Source of the DNA: a plasmid
Direction: 5' to 3' (one strand)
Sequence record: NZ_CP041047.1
DNA length: 64,000 nucleotides
Below the pieces are notes generated by a model. That model had not been told where the DNA came from. It saw only the letters and a list, made by a program, of their open reading frames with translations, and made no database searches. The position numbers were made by a program, and so were the translations under genes. Shown piece by piece: positions 1 to 9,998 of the stretch. Position 1 is the stretch's first letter. Every line of letters begins with the position of its first letter.

Positions 1-517
1 CCAGTGCCTCCACCATTTTCAACCCGATACCCCCAGACGACCGTGGCATGTGTTAGCCGATGTTAGTGGATATGCGCCAGAATGTTATTCATATCCGGCA
101 GCATACGCAGAGTAAAGACACCAGGGAAGTCAACGCCCTCCAGGGGAGGACGAATTGCATTTCGCTGAGCAGGAGTTTTTCATAGCTCTCGTGGCAAACC
201 TCCCCCGTCTGCTCATTCCTGATGTGGACCACTTTCTTGTTAGCCTCGATCTGCAACACCTGATGCTCAATACGGACATCAATGTTGAAACGTTAAATAA
301 AATCCTGCGGTGCTTTCAAAAGCAATTGCTGGCGTTCGGGGATCTCGCCTCCGATGTGATAAGGCAGACCACAGATGGCCAAAGATACATAGGCACCACG
401 CTCTAACAGAATAATCTCGAGCGTTTCCGATAAACGCCGGGCCCTCACTGTAGCCGAAGCTCCCCCAGCCACACCACCGACAATCACTAACATGATTTTA
501 CTCATGATCAACACCAT
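1..517 (-). pseudogene. Decayed paralog of CoA-disulfide reductase/rhodanese (pyridine nucleotide-disulfide oxidoreductase), continuing off the left edge
   Basis: 293..517 encodes MSKIMLVIVGGVAGGASA...CGLPYHIGGEIP (FAD-binding N-terminus) and then stops. Homologous residues (RFNIDVRIEH..., GVFTLRMLPDM..., VENGGG) continue downstream in shifted frames. Paralogous to the intact gene at 6810..8468. Confidence 0.6.
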
Positions 518-548
518 TCCATTTCAGCCAACTATAACCCCTGCTTGG

Positions 549-1409
549 TTACAGATGATTTAAAGGGATTTTTAAATAACAGACGCCATTATCTTCCGCT
601 GACGGGAATTCACCGGCCCGGATATTGATCTGAATCGACGGTAACAGAAGTGCCGGGGTGGCCAGAGTTTTATCCCGCGCCTGCCGAAGCGCCACAAAGG
701 CGGCCAGATCGTTCCCATCATGGAAATGAATATTGGTCTCCCGCTGTTCGGCTACGCTGCTCTGCCATTGGGGCTCCCTGTCTGCAGGGGGATAGTCATG
801 GCACACATATAAACGGGTCTGTGCCGGAAAACTGAGGATCTTACGGATGGAATGATAAAGCTGCTGCGCATCCCCACCCGGGAAATCACAACGCGCGGTG
901 CCCACATCAGGCATAAAAAGGGTATCGCCAAGGAAAATCGCATCAGCAATCTGGAAAGCCATATCTGCTGGCGTATGGCCAGGAACCTGCAACGCCTGCA
1001 CTGTCAAGCCCCCCAGTTAAAAGGTTTCACCGTCAGTCAGCAGATGGTCAAACTGTGATCCATCCAGTGCAAAGGTGTGCTCAAGGTTAAAAATGGGCTT
1101 GAATATCCGCTGAACTTCGACAATTTTTTCGCTGATGGCGATGTTGCCGCCGACCCTCTCGCGCAAATAATGGGCTGCCGAAAGATGATCGGCATGGGCG
1201 TGAGTTTCCAGTAACCAATTGACGGTCAGTTGCTGCTTTTTCACGAAATCTATCAGCCGATCGGCGGAGGTTGTCTGAGTCCGGCCGGATTTCGGATCAT
1301 AGTCCAGAACCGGATCAATAATGGCCGCAATCCCCCCAGTTCTATCGGCCAGCACGTAGCTGACAGTACTGGTAGCCGGATCGTAAAAACCCTCGATAAG
1401 TGGTGTCAT
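549..1409 (-). pseudogene. MBL-fold metallo-hydrolase (Blh/persulfide-dioxygenase-like), split by a 1-bp frameshift near 1008..1016
   Basis: N-terminal half (1017..1409) carries the HAHADH metal-binding motif. The C-terminal half (549..1007) continues the same family. The two halves are joined by ...GETF*/LGGLTVQAL across a ttttaa/tttaaa indel. Confidence 0.6.
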
Positions 1410-1464
1410 GGTGAACTCCTAATCTGGACGTTGCATGATGTATCTTCACACAGGCTCGCTTTGA

Positions 1465-1487
1465 TTATATAATATTATATTATATAA
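1465..1487. promoter_or_regulatory. Perfect 11-1-11 palindrome TTATATAATAT-T-ATATTATATAA in a divergent intergenic region; candidate operator for a BigR/ArsR-type repressor
   Basis: Read directly. The left half is the reverse complement of the right half. It sits between the MBL gene and the ArsR fragment. Confidence 0.5.
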
Positions 1488-1533
1488 GAATTAAAAGTGT
1501 TATCGCGAACGTGGATCAGAACAAAGAGAACTC

Positions 1534-1677
1534 ATGAGTAACGTGTTTATTGGCCATAAAAAAATGCGTGATACCGCCAGTGCAGCCACCGCCGTATTGC
1601 GTGCTTTGGCGAATGATGACCGGCTACTGCTGCTGTGCCACCTCAGTCAGAGACAAGCTTCTGTGGGGCACATATAA
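1534..1677 (+). pseudogene. Truncated ArsR/BigR-family regulator (N-terminal 47 codons only)
   Basis: MSNVFIGHKKMRDTASAATAVLRALANDDRLLLLCHLSQ.. aligns with the N-terminus of the intact regulator at 6299..6649 (LRGLANSDRLLLMCQLSQ). A premature stop follows. Confidence 0.5.
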
Positions 1678-1864
1678 AGTGCTATGGGGATTGGGCAACT
1701 GGCATTGTGACAGACGTTGGAAGTCATTCGACGCCTTCAACTCGTGGCAACGCGCCGTGAGGGAAAACAGTTTTTTTACCGAATTGATGAGCCGAATATG
1801 TTGATATTACTCATTACCCTCTATCAACTTTACTGTCAGGAAGATGACACAGAAGGTGTTAACC

Positions 1865-2293
1865 ATGACCATTAATCTGGTGCAATTCACTCCGTTACTG
1901 AGTTTCTTAGGGGGGGTATTGATCGGCTGTGCGGCCTGGATATTGCTCCTGTTCTGCGGACGTATTGCAGGGATCAGTGGCATAATCGGGGATGCGCTCT
2001 CAGCGGGTATCCGAGATCGTGGCTGGCGTCTGGCTTTTCTGATCGGCATTATCGTCTCGCCTCTTTTATATGGCCTCGTTCATCCGCTTCCTGTGATCGA
2101 GGTTTCTGCCTCCTGGCCTGTCCTGATGATCGCCGGGTTGCTGGTTGGGATCGGAACCCGCTACGGTTCGGGGTGTACCAGCGGCCATGGGGTTTGCGGT
2201 CTGTCGCGTTTATCCTCCCGTTCTCTGGTAGCTATGTTGACGTTTATGGGGGTTGCTTTTATCACCGTCTGGCTGATGGGATTGTGGATTTAG
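1865..2293 (+). CDS. YeeE/YedE family sulfur-compound transporter (half-size, first of a pair)
   Basis: Polytopic membrane protein with the conserved GxxxGxGTRYGSGCTSGHG motif typical of YeeE/YedE (thiosulfate uptake family). RBS AAGGTG upstream of the ATG at 1865. Confidence 0.75.
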   Translation: MTINLVQFTPLLSFLGGVLIGCAAWILLLFCGRIAGISGIIGDALSAGIRDRGWRLAFLIGIIVSPLLYGLVHPLPVIEVSASWPVLMIAGLLVGIGTRYGSGCTSGHGVCGLSRLSSRSLVAMLTFMGVAFITVWLMGLWI

Positions 2294-2333
2294 TCAAGCT
2301 TGCTCGCACAGTAAATCGCTCAAGGGGACATAT

Positions 2334-2765
2334 ATGAATCTGTTTTTTTCTCTGTTGGCAGGTGTGATATTCGGCGTTGGATTAATACTCAGCGGCATGG
2401 CAAACCCTGCAAAAGTGATTGGTTTTCTGGATATTACCCGCATCTGGGATCCTTCTCTGGCTTTTGTAATGGGTGGAGCCATCAGCGTGGGTTTCTTCGC
2501 TTTCCGGTCAGTGAAACGACGCACCCACTCGGTGTGCGGTGGCGCGATAAATCTGCCGACCAGCAAACAGATTGACAAGCGTTTGATTGGAGGGGCTATT
2601 CTGTTTGGCATTGGTTGGGGACTGGCGGGCATTTGCCCTGGTCCTGGACTGGTATTACTTGGTGCAGGGATGATCAAAGGTATGGGTTTTGTTGGTGCAA
2701 TGGTCGCTGGCATGCTGCTTTTTGAACAGCTTGAACGTAAACGAGCGAAGCGTCATGCATCGTAA
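2334..2765 (+). CDS. YeeE/YedE family protein (second half-size paralog)
   Basis: Membrane protein with a GWGLAGICPGPG motif. Adjacent to and co-oriented with the first YeeE-like gene. RBS AGGGGA. Confidence 0.75.
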   Translation: MNLFFSLLAGVIFGVGLILSGMANPAKVIGFLDITRIWDPSLAFVMGGAISVGFFAFRSVKRRTHSVCGGAINLPTSKQIDKRLIGGAILFGIGWGLAGICPGPGLVLLGAGMIKGMGFVGAMVAGMLLFEQLERKRAKRHAS

Positions 2766-2801
2766 TTCTGCCCCGAACGTTGTCAGCCATCAGTAACGCC
2801 T

Positions 2802-3599
2802 ATGGTCATTTCGTTACTGTCAGGTCTGCTCGTGGGAGCAGTGCTCGGTATCACAGGAGCGGGTGGTGGCATTTTTGCCATTCCCACCCTGGTGATGGGC
2901 ATGGGATGGGCACCACAACAGGCTGCTCCGGTGGCCCTGGTCGCCGTCGCCGGGAGTGCGGCTCTTGGAACCTTTGAGGCCTGGCGCAAGGGCCTGGTGC
3001 GCTATCGTGCCGCTATTGTGATAATACTGGCGGGCGTGCCCATGACGAGCGTTGGGTTATGGGTTGCCCACCGAACTTCCCCTGCGTTGCTGAGCCTGCT
3101 GTTTGCGGGGGTAATGCTAATCGTCGCGTGGCGATTGGTTCGGGCCCCCGAGATAGTTGCCAGGCATACTTATCCCGTCGAACTGGATGAACACACCGGA
3201 CGATTTATCTGGGCTGTAAACACATGGTTGCTGTTTCTCATGTTCGGGGCTGTTACCTGTTTTATGACCGGGCTATTAGCCGTGGGTGGAGGATTTATTA
3301 TCGTCCCGTTATTGCGGCAATTTACCCCCCTTCCTATTCACAGTTGCATCGCAACCTCGCTGATGATTGTCGCATTGGTAAGTATAGGCGGGATTGCAGT
3401 GGCAGTGATACAGGGTGCCACTCTGCCCTTGCCTTTCACTCTCTGGTTTGTGCTTAGTGCTGCGACAGGGATGTCGATTGGCCGAAGGCTAAGCCAGCAT
3501 TTACCTGAACATATTGTGCAGAAGGGGTTTTCCGGACTACTGATCGTCGTTGCCCTGGGGATGGTATTTAATGCCGTTATGATGAAGTTTAGTGGCTAA
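2802..3599 (+). CDS. TauE/SafE family sulfite exporter (DUF81)
   Basis: Two-repeat membrane protein with GxGGG motifs (GITGAGGGIFAIP and GLLAVGGGFIIVP), characteristic of TauE/SafE. Confidence 0.8.
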   Translation: MVISLLSGLLVGAVLGITGAGGGIFAIPTLVMGMGWAPQQAAPVALVAVAGSAALGTFEAWRKGLVRYRAAIVIILAGVPMTSVGLWVAHRTSPALLSLLFAGVMLIVAWRLVRAPEIVARHTYPVELDEHTGRFIWAVNTWLLFLMFGAVTCFMTGLLAVGGGFIIVPLLRQFTPLPIHSCIATSLMIVALVSIGGIAVAVIQGATLPLPFTLWFVLSAATGMSIGRRLSQHLPEHIVQKGFSGLLIVVALGMVFNAVMMKFSG

Positions 3600-4014
3600 G
3601 ATCAATATGATTGCCGACAGAGATATAAAAGCTCAAGGATAATGAATTCCTTGCTTTATTGTTTCGAACTTATCTGTCGCCTGCAATACCACGGGATTGC
3701 TATAACCAGCGACGAACCCGTTGCGTATAGCGTTTCCATTCCAACCCGAAACGTTTTCGAAGCTGTTCCTCTTCAATATCGATATGCAATCTGGCAACTA
3801 CATTGCAAGTTCAAACCTCATCGAGATAGGTTTTATTAATTAATAGCAGAATGAATCGTCACGGACAATCTTGACACTTCCGAGCCAACTATAAAGGTAT
3901 AAGGCAGAATCGCCTACCGGTTCAGAGTCATTCCATAGTTCCCTTTGGTATGCTGCACACTCCCAGACTCAAGAGGCAAAGCAAAAAATTCTCCACCGGT
4001 GAGCAGAGTATATT

Positions 4015-4053
4015 GCATATGCCAGTTTACGAGTGTATATATAGCATATGCCA
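4015..4053. promoter_or_regulatory. Two direct copies of GCATATGCCA (4015..4024 and 4044..4053) spaced 29 bp, immediately upstream of the DUF134 gene
   Basis: Read directly. Each copy contains the internal palindrome GCATATGC. Likely a regulator binding site. Confidence 0.4.
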
Positions 4054-4066
4054 ATAAGGAGCCTTC

Positions 4067-4387
4067 ATGCCAAGACCCAGAATTCCCCGTAACATCTGTG
4101 GCCGCCCTGCGGATACCTGTTTTAAGCCCAATGCGCGACCGATGAGCCAGCTTGAACATGTTCATTTAAAAGAAGATGAGTTTGAAGCGTTACGACTGGT
4201 CGATTTACTGGGCATGCAACAGCAGGAAGCGGCTGTTGCAATGAGGGTTTCAAGACAGACACTGGCCAATGTCCTGAAAGCAGCCCGTTTTAAGGTTGTG
4301 GACTGTCTCACTCAGGGCAAGGCCTTAATAATGCACTCTGAAAGGGAAGGAGTTACACAAGATGATCACAGCCATTCCAGTGAATGA
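4067..4387 (+). CDS. DUF134/UPF0251 family predicted DNA-binding protein
   Basis: Small HTH protein typically paired with NifB/NifX-like cofactor-binding proteins. RBS AAGGAG. Confidence 0.55.
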   Translation: MPRPRIPRNICGRPADTCFKPNARPMSQLEHVHLKEDEFEALRLVDLLGMQQQEAAVAMRVSRQTLANVLKAARFKVVDCLTQGKALIMHSEREGVTQDDHSHSSE

Positions 4388-4823
4388 CGACCGGGTAGCA
4401 AATCATTTTACCAAAGCGAGTCACCTTGTCCTAGTGGATGAGCGCGGTGTGGAGCTCAGCCGGACAGAAAATCCCGCGCTGGGCGCAGATTGTTCAGGTA
4501 AACGGAAGCTGGTTGACCTTCTGGTTCAACAGCAGGTCAGCCGCGTTGTGGTCCGTAACATCGGGGAACGGATGCTGGGTAAATTATTGGGGCATCAGAT
4601 CGCGGTGTACCAGACTGACTGTGGCCGTCGTTTGTTCACTGAACTGTGTGATCCGGATACCCGTGTTCTGACTGAACTGAATAAGCCGGAGCAGGGGCGC
4701 CAGTCCTTTAATCATGAGGCGAAAGGGAAAAAATGCTGTAACTCTGACGGGAACACAGCAGAAAATGCGTGCCAGGGTGGGCGTCAGCATCATCACGGAA
4801 ACGGGCGCTGTTGCCATTCATGA
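4362..4823 (+). CDS. NifB/NifX-like (dinitrogenase FeMo-cofactor-binding fold) protein with Cys/His-rich C-terminal tail
   Basis: MITAIPVNDDRVANHFTKASHLVLVD... matches the NifX/NafY-type fold. The tail CCNSDGNTAENACQGGRQHHHGNGRCCHS suggests metal binding. Overlaps the upstream gene (translational coupling). Confidence 0.55.
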   Translation: MITAIPVNDDRVANHFTKASHLVLVDERGVELSRTENPALGADCSGKRKLVDLLVQQQVSRVVVRNIGERMLGKLLGHQIAVYQTDCGRRLFTELCDPDTRVLTELNKPEQGRQSFNHEAKGKKCCNSDGNTAENACQGGRQHHHGNGRCCHS

Positions 4824-4968
4824 GTTTATTTCATCACGGGCGGTGATTTTTATCAGACCCGTACTGTGTATAAACCAGGAGCCGGAATGAATGATGCCGG
4901 GAAAGACACTCAGCTGACTGAATTCCTGATGCCTCCCGTCAGTACAACCGGACGCTGAACAGAAACAG

Positions 4969-5406
4969 ATGAATTGTTATCTTGATGCCAGAAATGCCCA
5001 TAACTGTTGTATGGTTTGTGGTTCCCTCGACAACAACCCTGATACGGTGAACTTAATGTTTTCAGAATACCCGGATGGATCTGTATGTGCTGACTACACG
5101 GCCGATCACAGACATCAGGGGTATACGGGTCTTTTACATGGCGGAATGACGAGTACCTTGCTGGATGCCGCAATGACTCACTGCTTGTTTATGCAGGGAG
5201 TGCAGGCCCTGACGGCTGAACTGACAGTCAGATTCATTTCACCCGTTTGTACCGGTGACAAGCTGATGGTCTGTGCCAGACTGCTTGGGCAACGCAGGGG
5301 GGTTTACCAGCTCGAAGCATGGCTGGCAAAGGGACAGCAGAAAGTAGCTCGTGCCACGGCGAAATTCATTGTCCCGTCGCAGGATATTGCTCTGGCGCAT
5401 GGCTAG
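4969..5406 (+). CDS. PaaI/4HBT-family hotdog-fold thioesterase (start uncertain)
   Basis: Conserved GLLHGG motif and hotdog-fold length. Confidence 0.55.
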   Translation: MNCYLDARNAHNCCMVCGSLDNNPDTVNLMFSEYPDGSVCADYTADHRHQGYTGLLHGGMTSTLLDAAMTHCLFMQGVQALTAELTVRFISPVCTGDKLMVCARLLGQRRGVYQLEAWLAKGQQKVARATAKFIVPSQDIALAHG

Positions 5407-5520
5407 TGTGGCAGACGCCAGGTGTAACTGGTTATTATAAAAATATGAAGCGTGTTTTGCTCAGACCGGAAAGAATAATGGCATATCGTATATCCCACTT
5501 AAACAGTGTAAGAGGTAGTT

Positions 5521-5997
5521 ATGAGTAAACAAATAATTGATATTGGTATTCCTGAATCATCCCGGGTGGAGATTGCAGACGGTCTGTCCCGGCTTCTTGC
5601 TGACACCTATACCCTGTATATAAAAACACATTACTATCACTGGAATGTAACTGGCCCCATGTTTAACAGCTTACATTTAATGTTTGAAAATCAATACAAT
5701 GAGCTGGCCACTGCTGTTGATGATATCGCTGAACGTATACGCTCGCTCGGATGCTTCGCGCCCGGCACATATCATGAATTTTCACGTTTAACCGCTGTTA
5801 ATGAAGACCAGGATATTCCAGCAGCAAAAAACATGATTGAGAATCTTGTCCAGGGCCAGGAGACTGTGGTTAAAACTGCGCGCTCCCTGTTCCCTGTTGT
5901 TAATAATGCGAATGATGAAGCCACAGCAGATCTGCTTACACAACGTATCCAGTTACATGAGAAAACTGCCTGGATGTTGCGCAGCCTGCTTGAATAA
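5521..5997 (+). CDS. dps: Dps-family DNA-binding ferritin-like protein
   Basis: 158 aa. Ferritin-like helical protein with Dps signature residues (HW..G..F..LH..FE). Good RBS AAGAGG. Confidence 0.85.
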   Translation: MSKQIIDIGIPESSRVEIADGLSRLLADTYTLYIKTHYYHWNVTGPMFNSLHLMFENQYNELATAVDDIAERIRSLGCFAPGTYHEFSRLTAVNEDQDIPAAKNMIENLVQGQETVVKTARSLFPVVNNANDEATADLLTQRIQLHEKTAWMLRSLLE

Positions 5998-6030
5998 TGT
6001 AAACCGGTGGCAGCAGAAAAAACGGTTTGT

Positions 6031-6088
6031 CAGCCACAGGCCATTGCTGTCAGTGCAGTACCATCCGTGCTGCCGTGGCTGTTTTTTC
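6031..6088 (+). terminator. Probable rho-independent terminator after dps
   Basis: CAGCCAC(A)GGC ... GCCGTGGCTG stem followed by TTTTTTC. Confidence 0.45.
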
Positions 6089-6298
6089 TGACCGTAATAG
6101 TATAAAAACCGATAAATCAATAAGTTAAACAGTGAACGCGTGAGCGATAAATACAGTCCGGACAGGCATTACCGATGGGTATATCCGGACCACTGTCGCT
6201 TTCCCGTTATAATATCGCAGATACCGGCCAGGCTCTTCACAACCTGACAGGGTTAATGCTGCAATGATAAAACGGTTTGCGTGGAAAGCAGGATCACA

Positions 6299-6649
6299 TT
6301 ATTCGTTGTTATGGCTTCCTTTACCTGTGCCTGCCTGCGGGCAGTAGAGATCATACAAGGTATTTAACAACGTCATGATACGGTTATCCTCAATACGGTA
6401 ATATACCATTTTACCTGCCCGTCGGGTCTCGACAAGCTTCAGGCGGCGCATTACACCCAGTTGCTGAGACAGGGTCGGCTGAGTGATACCGACTGCAGCT
6501 TCCAGCTCGGCCACATTCGCTTCCCCCTGGCTTAACTGGCACATCAACAGCAACCGGTCGCTGTTAGCCAGTCCCCGTAAGACATCTGCTGCCCCCAGGG
6601 CTGCATTTTTCATATCGGTCTGACGTTTTGTGTCTTCATTCATGGGCAT
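6299..6649 (-). CDS. ArsR-family repressor of the BigR/SqrR (persulfide-sensing) type
   Basis: wHTH ArsR fold with Cys in helix 2 (LLLMCQLSQ) and near the C-terminus (YCPQ), the Cys pair used by BigR-type sensors. Divergent from the CoADR-rhodanese gene. Confidence 0.75.
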   Translation of the reverse strand: MPMNEDTKRQTDMKNAALGAADVLRGLANSDRLLLMCQLSQGEANVAELEAAVGITQPTLSQQLGVMRRLKLVETRRAGKMVYYRIEDNRIMTLLNTLYDLYCPQAGTGKGSHNNE

Positions 6650-6809
6650 TGCTGGTTTCTCACATTATGTATTTTTATATAATGTTATTTAGTATACTGA
6701 TGGTGCCATAATTTTGCCACCGTGTTCGCCAGGTCTGCAGCGTCCAGCTGGCCCGGGTAACTAATTATATCTGGCAGACATTTTGCCCCGAGTGAACAGA
6801 GAGGATGTA

Positions 6810-8468
6810 ATGAAAATAGTGATTGTTGGTGGTGTTGCCGGCGGTGCGTCCGCTGCAGCCAGAGCTCGCCGGTTGTCAGAAGATGTCAGTATTGTTGTGT
6901 TTGAACGGGGAAGCGATGTCTCTTTCGCCAACTGTGGATTGCCTTATCATATAGGCGGAAAAATTCCGTTACGGCAGTCACTTATTCTTAAGACTCCGGA
7001 GGATTTTAAATCCCGCTTTAACATAGACGTCCGTACCTGCCATGAAGTGACGTCAGTGGATCCGGTTAATAAAACAGTGACAGTTAAAAATTTGACCTCA
7101 GGTGAGATCCATACCGAAGTATGGGATCGTCTACTCCTCAGTACCGGAGCCGCGCCGGTTGTCCCTCCTTTGCCCGGGCTACAGCAAGAGGGCGTCTTTA
7201 CGCTCCGAAATCTTACTGACATGGATGCTATCCTGGCGTGGATTGAGCAACATAACGTCGCTCACACCACGCTTGTCGGGGGGGGATTCATCGGACTTGA
7301 AGTGATGGAGGCTCTGAGCGAACGGGGGATCCGTGTTACCCTGCTGGAGATGGGGGAACAGGTTATGGCTCCGGTTGATCCTGAAATGGCATCAGCCCTG
7401 CATCAGGAAATCCGGAATCATGGCGTGGATCTGCGTCTCAGAACGGCACTCACCGAGGTGCTGCGGACAGAAACGGGATTCCGCGTTGCACTGTCTGACG
7501 GTGGCTTTGTGCAGACCGACATGGTTATTCTCGCCATCGGGGTAAAACCTGAGAACAGCCTTGCCACAGTAGCCGGGCTCGAAGTGGGTAAACGGGGAGG
7601 TATAAGCGTCAATGCCTGTATGCAGACCAGTATTCCTGACATCTACGCCGTGGGGGATGCAGTTGAAACACCTGACCTTGTCTTTCAGGAACCCGCTAAT
7701 ATTCCTCTGGCTGGGCCCGCCAACCGCCAGGGACGCATTGCTGCTGATAACATGCTTGATCACCACAGCCTTTACCATGGCAGTCAGGGGACATCCATTT
7801 GTAAGGTATTTTCGCTTAGTATTGGCAGCGTCGGTGCGAATGAAAAGCAACTGAAAGCCCATGGTACCCGATACGAGAAGGTTTACGTCCATGCTGCTGA
7901 TCATGCCGGTTACTACCCTGGGGCTACGATGATCAGTCTGAAACTGCTGTTCAGCCCCGATACCGGTAAAATTCTGGGGGCCCAGGCGTCAGGGAAAAAA
8001 GGGGTTGATAAACGCATCGATGTTCTGTCTGTCGCGCAGCGCGCGGGACTTACCGTCAACGATCTCGAGCATCTTGAGCTGACTTATGCCCCGCCTTTTA
8101 ACAGTGCAAGGGACGTTGTTAACCAGGCCGGTATGGTGGCGGCAAATGTCATCAGGGGAGATACGGCCATATGTCATGTCAGCGATGTTTTGCAACGGGA
8201 ACCGGACAGGTATTGTTTAGTTGATATTCGTTCTCCTGAAGAACTGAAACAATTTGGCGAATATCCTGATGCGCTATCCATCCCTCTGGATTCTCTGCGG
8301 GAGAATCTTGAAAAATTGCCTGTAGATAAAGAGATTTTTATCGGTTGTCAGAGTGGTCTGCGCGGGCATGTGGCATACCGTATTCTGCAGGCTCACGGCT
8401 TCCGGACATATAATCTGAGTGGTGGCTTTATAACCTGGCAGGCGGTTACGGAGTCAATGAGTAAATAA
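6810..8468 (+). CDS. CoA-disulfide reductase fused to a C-terminal rhodanese domain (pyridine nucleotide-disulfide oxidoreductase)
   Basis: N-terminal GGVAGGASAA FAD motif and CGLPYHIGG redox-Cys region. The C-terminus carries the rhodanese active-site loop CQSGLRG. RBS GAGGA. Confidence 0.85.
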   Translation: MKIVIVGGVAGGASAAARARRLSEDVSIVVFERGSDVSFANCGLPYHIGGKIPLRQSLILKTPEDFKSRFNIDVRTCHEVTSVDPVNKTVTVKNLTSGEIHTEVWDRLLLSTGAAPVVPPLPGLQQEGVFTLRNLTDMDAILAWIEQHNVAHTTLVGGGFIGLEVMEALSERGIRVTLLEMGEQVMAPVDPEMASALHQEIRNHGVDLRLRTALTEVLRTETGFRVALSDGGFVQTDMVILAIGVKPENSLATVAGLEVGKRGGISVNACMQTSIPDIYAVGDAVETPDLVFQEPANIPLAGPANRQGRIAADNMLDHHSLYHGSQGTSICKVFSLSIGSVGANEKQLKAHGTRYEKVYVHAADHAGYYPGATMISLKLLFSPDTGKILGAQASGKKGVDKRIDVLSVAQRAGLTVNDLEHLELTYAPPFNSARDVVNQAGMVAANVIRGDTAICHVSDVLQREPDRYCLVDIRSPEELKQFGEYPDALSIPLDSLRENLEKLPVDKEIFIGCQSGLRGHVAYRILQAHGFRTYNLSGGFITWQAVTESMSK

Positions 8469-8470
8469 GA

Positions 8471-8500
8471 GATGAGGTGCCATACACATGGCACCTCATC
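8471..8500 (+). terminator. Perfect hairpin GATGAGGTGCCAT-ACAC-ATGGCACCTCATC after the reductase gene, abutting the IS6-family left end
   Basis: Read directly. Confidence 0.45.
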
Positions 8501-8563
8501 TGGTTCTGACGCATTAAGACGTCGCCGGGTAACATACTGTTTTTTTTATAATGTTACCTGCCC

Positions 8564-8946
8564 ATGCTTCTGATACGAAAAGCTTTTAAGCGCCTGCACT
8601 ATCCCATTGATGTTATTGCTCAATGTGTTCGCTGGTATCTGACTTACGCCCTCAGCCTGCGCAATCTCGAAGATATGATGACGGAGCACGTCGTTATCGT
8701 TGACCATTCACTCTTCATCGCTGGGTTATGCGCCTGGCACCGTCGTTCCGCCAGTATAAGCGTAATGTAGGTCGGCGGTGGCGGATGGACGAAACTTACA
8801 TTAAAATCAAAGGCCAGTGGAAATATCTGTACCGGGAGGTTGATACCGCGGGGCAGACCGTCGACTTCCTGTTGACCGCCAGACGCGACGCTGCGGCTGC
8901 CTTACGCTTCTTTCGCAAGGCCATTCGCCACCACGGTGAGCCTGAG
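8564..8946 (+). pseudogene. IS6-family transposase, N-terminal part (1-bp frameshift near 8700, then cut by the IS2-like insertion)
   Basis: Two overlapping frames, 8564..8770 and 8728..8949. The C-terminal remainder is at 9999..10297. Confidence 0.65.
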
Positions 8947-9037
8947 TAGACTGGCTCCATGAATCTCCAGACAGTTGGTATCACTTAAATTAGTGATAGT
9001 CTTAATACTAGTTTTTAGACTAGTCGTTGGAGTCCGG

Positions 9038-9367
9038 ATGATTGATGTTTTAGGTCCGGAGAAGCGCAGACGGCGCAGCCTTCAGGAAAAAATCGCCATT
9101 GTTCAGCAGAGCTTTGAACCCGGTATGACCGTGTTGCTGGTTGCCCGTCAGCATAGTGTTGCTGCCAGTCAGCTGTTCCTGTGGCGTAAGCAGTACCAGG
9201 AAGGTAGTCTCACCGCCGTTGCTGTGGGTGAACAGGTTATACCCGCGTCGGAACAGGCATCTGCGATGAAGCAAATTAAAGAGCTACAGCGCCTGCTGGG
9301 CAAGAAAACCATGGAAAACGAGCTGCTGAAAGAAGCCGTTGAATATGGCCGACAAAAAAGTGGATAG
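9038..9367 (+). CDS. IS2-like OrfA (InsC-like HTH protein)
   Basis: [43 protein letters not shown] matches the IS2 InsC pattern. Confidence 0.7.
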   Translation: MIDVLGPEKRRRRSLQEKIAIVQQSFEPGMTVLLVARQHSVAASQLFLWRKQYQEGSLTAVAVGEQVIPASEQASAMKQIKELQRLLGKKTMENELLKEAVEYGRQKSG

Positions 9368-9915
9368 CGCACGTGCCCTTGCTGCCGGAGGATGGCGAAT
9401 AAGCCTTGTCAGCTGTTGGCTACGGGTCTCACGTGCGCAACTGCATGCTATGGCTCGTCGGTCGAAGAACTGGCAGGAGCGTCGACGCAAGCGCAAGCCT
9501 GATGATATTGAAGCTCTGGATCGTATCCATACCGTTATCGGCGATCTGCCTACGTATGGTTATCGTCGGGTGTGGGCACTGCTGCGCAGACAATCAGAAA
9601 CGGACGACATGGCGGTGATCAATGCCAAACGCGTATACTGAATCATGCGTAAGAATGCGCTGTTTGCTTGAGCGTAAACCGGCAATACCGCCCTTGAAGC
9701 CGGCGCATACAGGGAAGGTAGGACTGGAGCCTAAACATACGGCGGTACGTAGCCCGGAAAGCAACGGGATGGCAGAGAGCTTCGTGAAAACGATGAAGCG
9801 GGATTACATCAGCATCATACCGAAGCCGGACGGGTTAACAGCGGTAAAGAACTTTGCAGAGGCCTTCGAACATTACAACGAATGGCATCCGCATAGTGCA
9901 CTGGGGTATCGTTAG
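9364..9915 (+). pseudogene. IS2-like OrfB (InsD-like transposase) with internal deletion of the catalytic core
   Basis: The N-terminal part ([29 protein letters not shown]...) and the C-terminal part ([16 protein letters not shown]...[11 protein letters not shown]) are present in different frames. The middle is missing. Confidence 0.65.
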
Positions 9916-9998
9916 CCACGGGAATATCTACGGCGGCGAACCAGTAATGGGTTAAGCGATAAAAAGTGTCTGGAAATATAGGGACTAATCTACTGAGG

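Larger units (their letters stand above)
8947..9993 (+). mobile_element. IS2-like (IS3 family) element with an internal deletion, inserted into the IS6-family transposase gene
   Basis: Left end TAGACTGGCTCCATGAATCTCCAGACA and right end ...GGTTAAGCGATAAAAAGTGTCTGGAAATATAGGGACTAATCTA resemble the IS2 termini. Flanked by a 5-bp direct repeat CTGAG (8942..8946 and 9994..9998). Confidence 0.75.

Noticed and set aside
155-406. 83-aa plus-strand ORF at the left edge
   Set aside because: It lies antisense to the decayed CoA-disulfide reductase remnant, whose homologous residues can be read on the minus strand. No RBS and no recognisable features.
1550-1804. 84-aa Cys/Trp-rich ORF
   Set aside because: Out-of-frame read-through of the truncated ArsR fragment region. 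Composition is atypical for a real protein.
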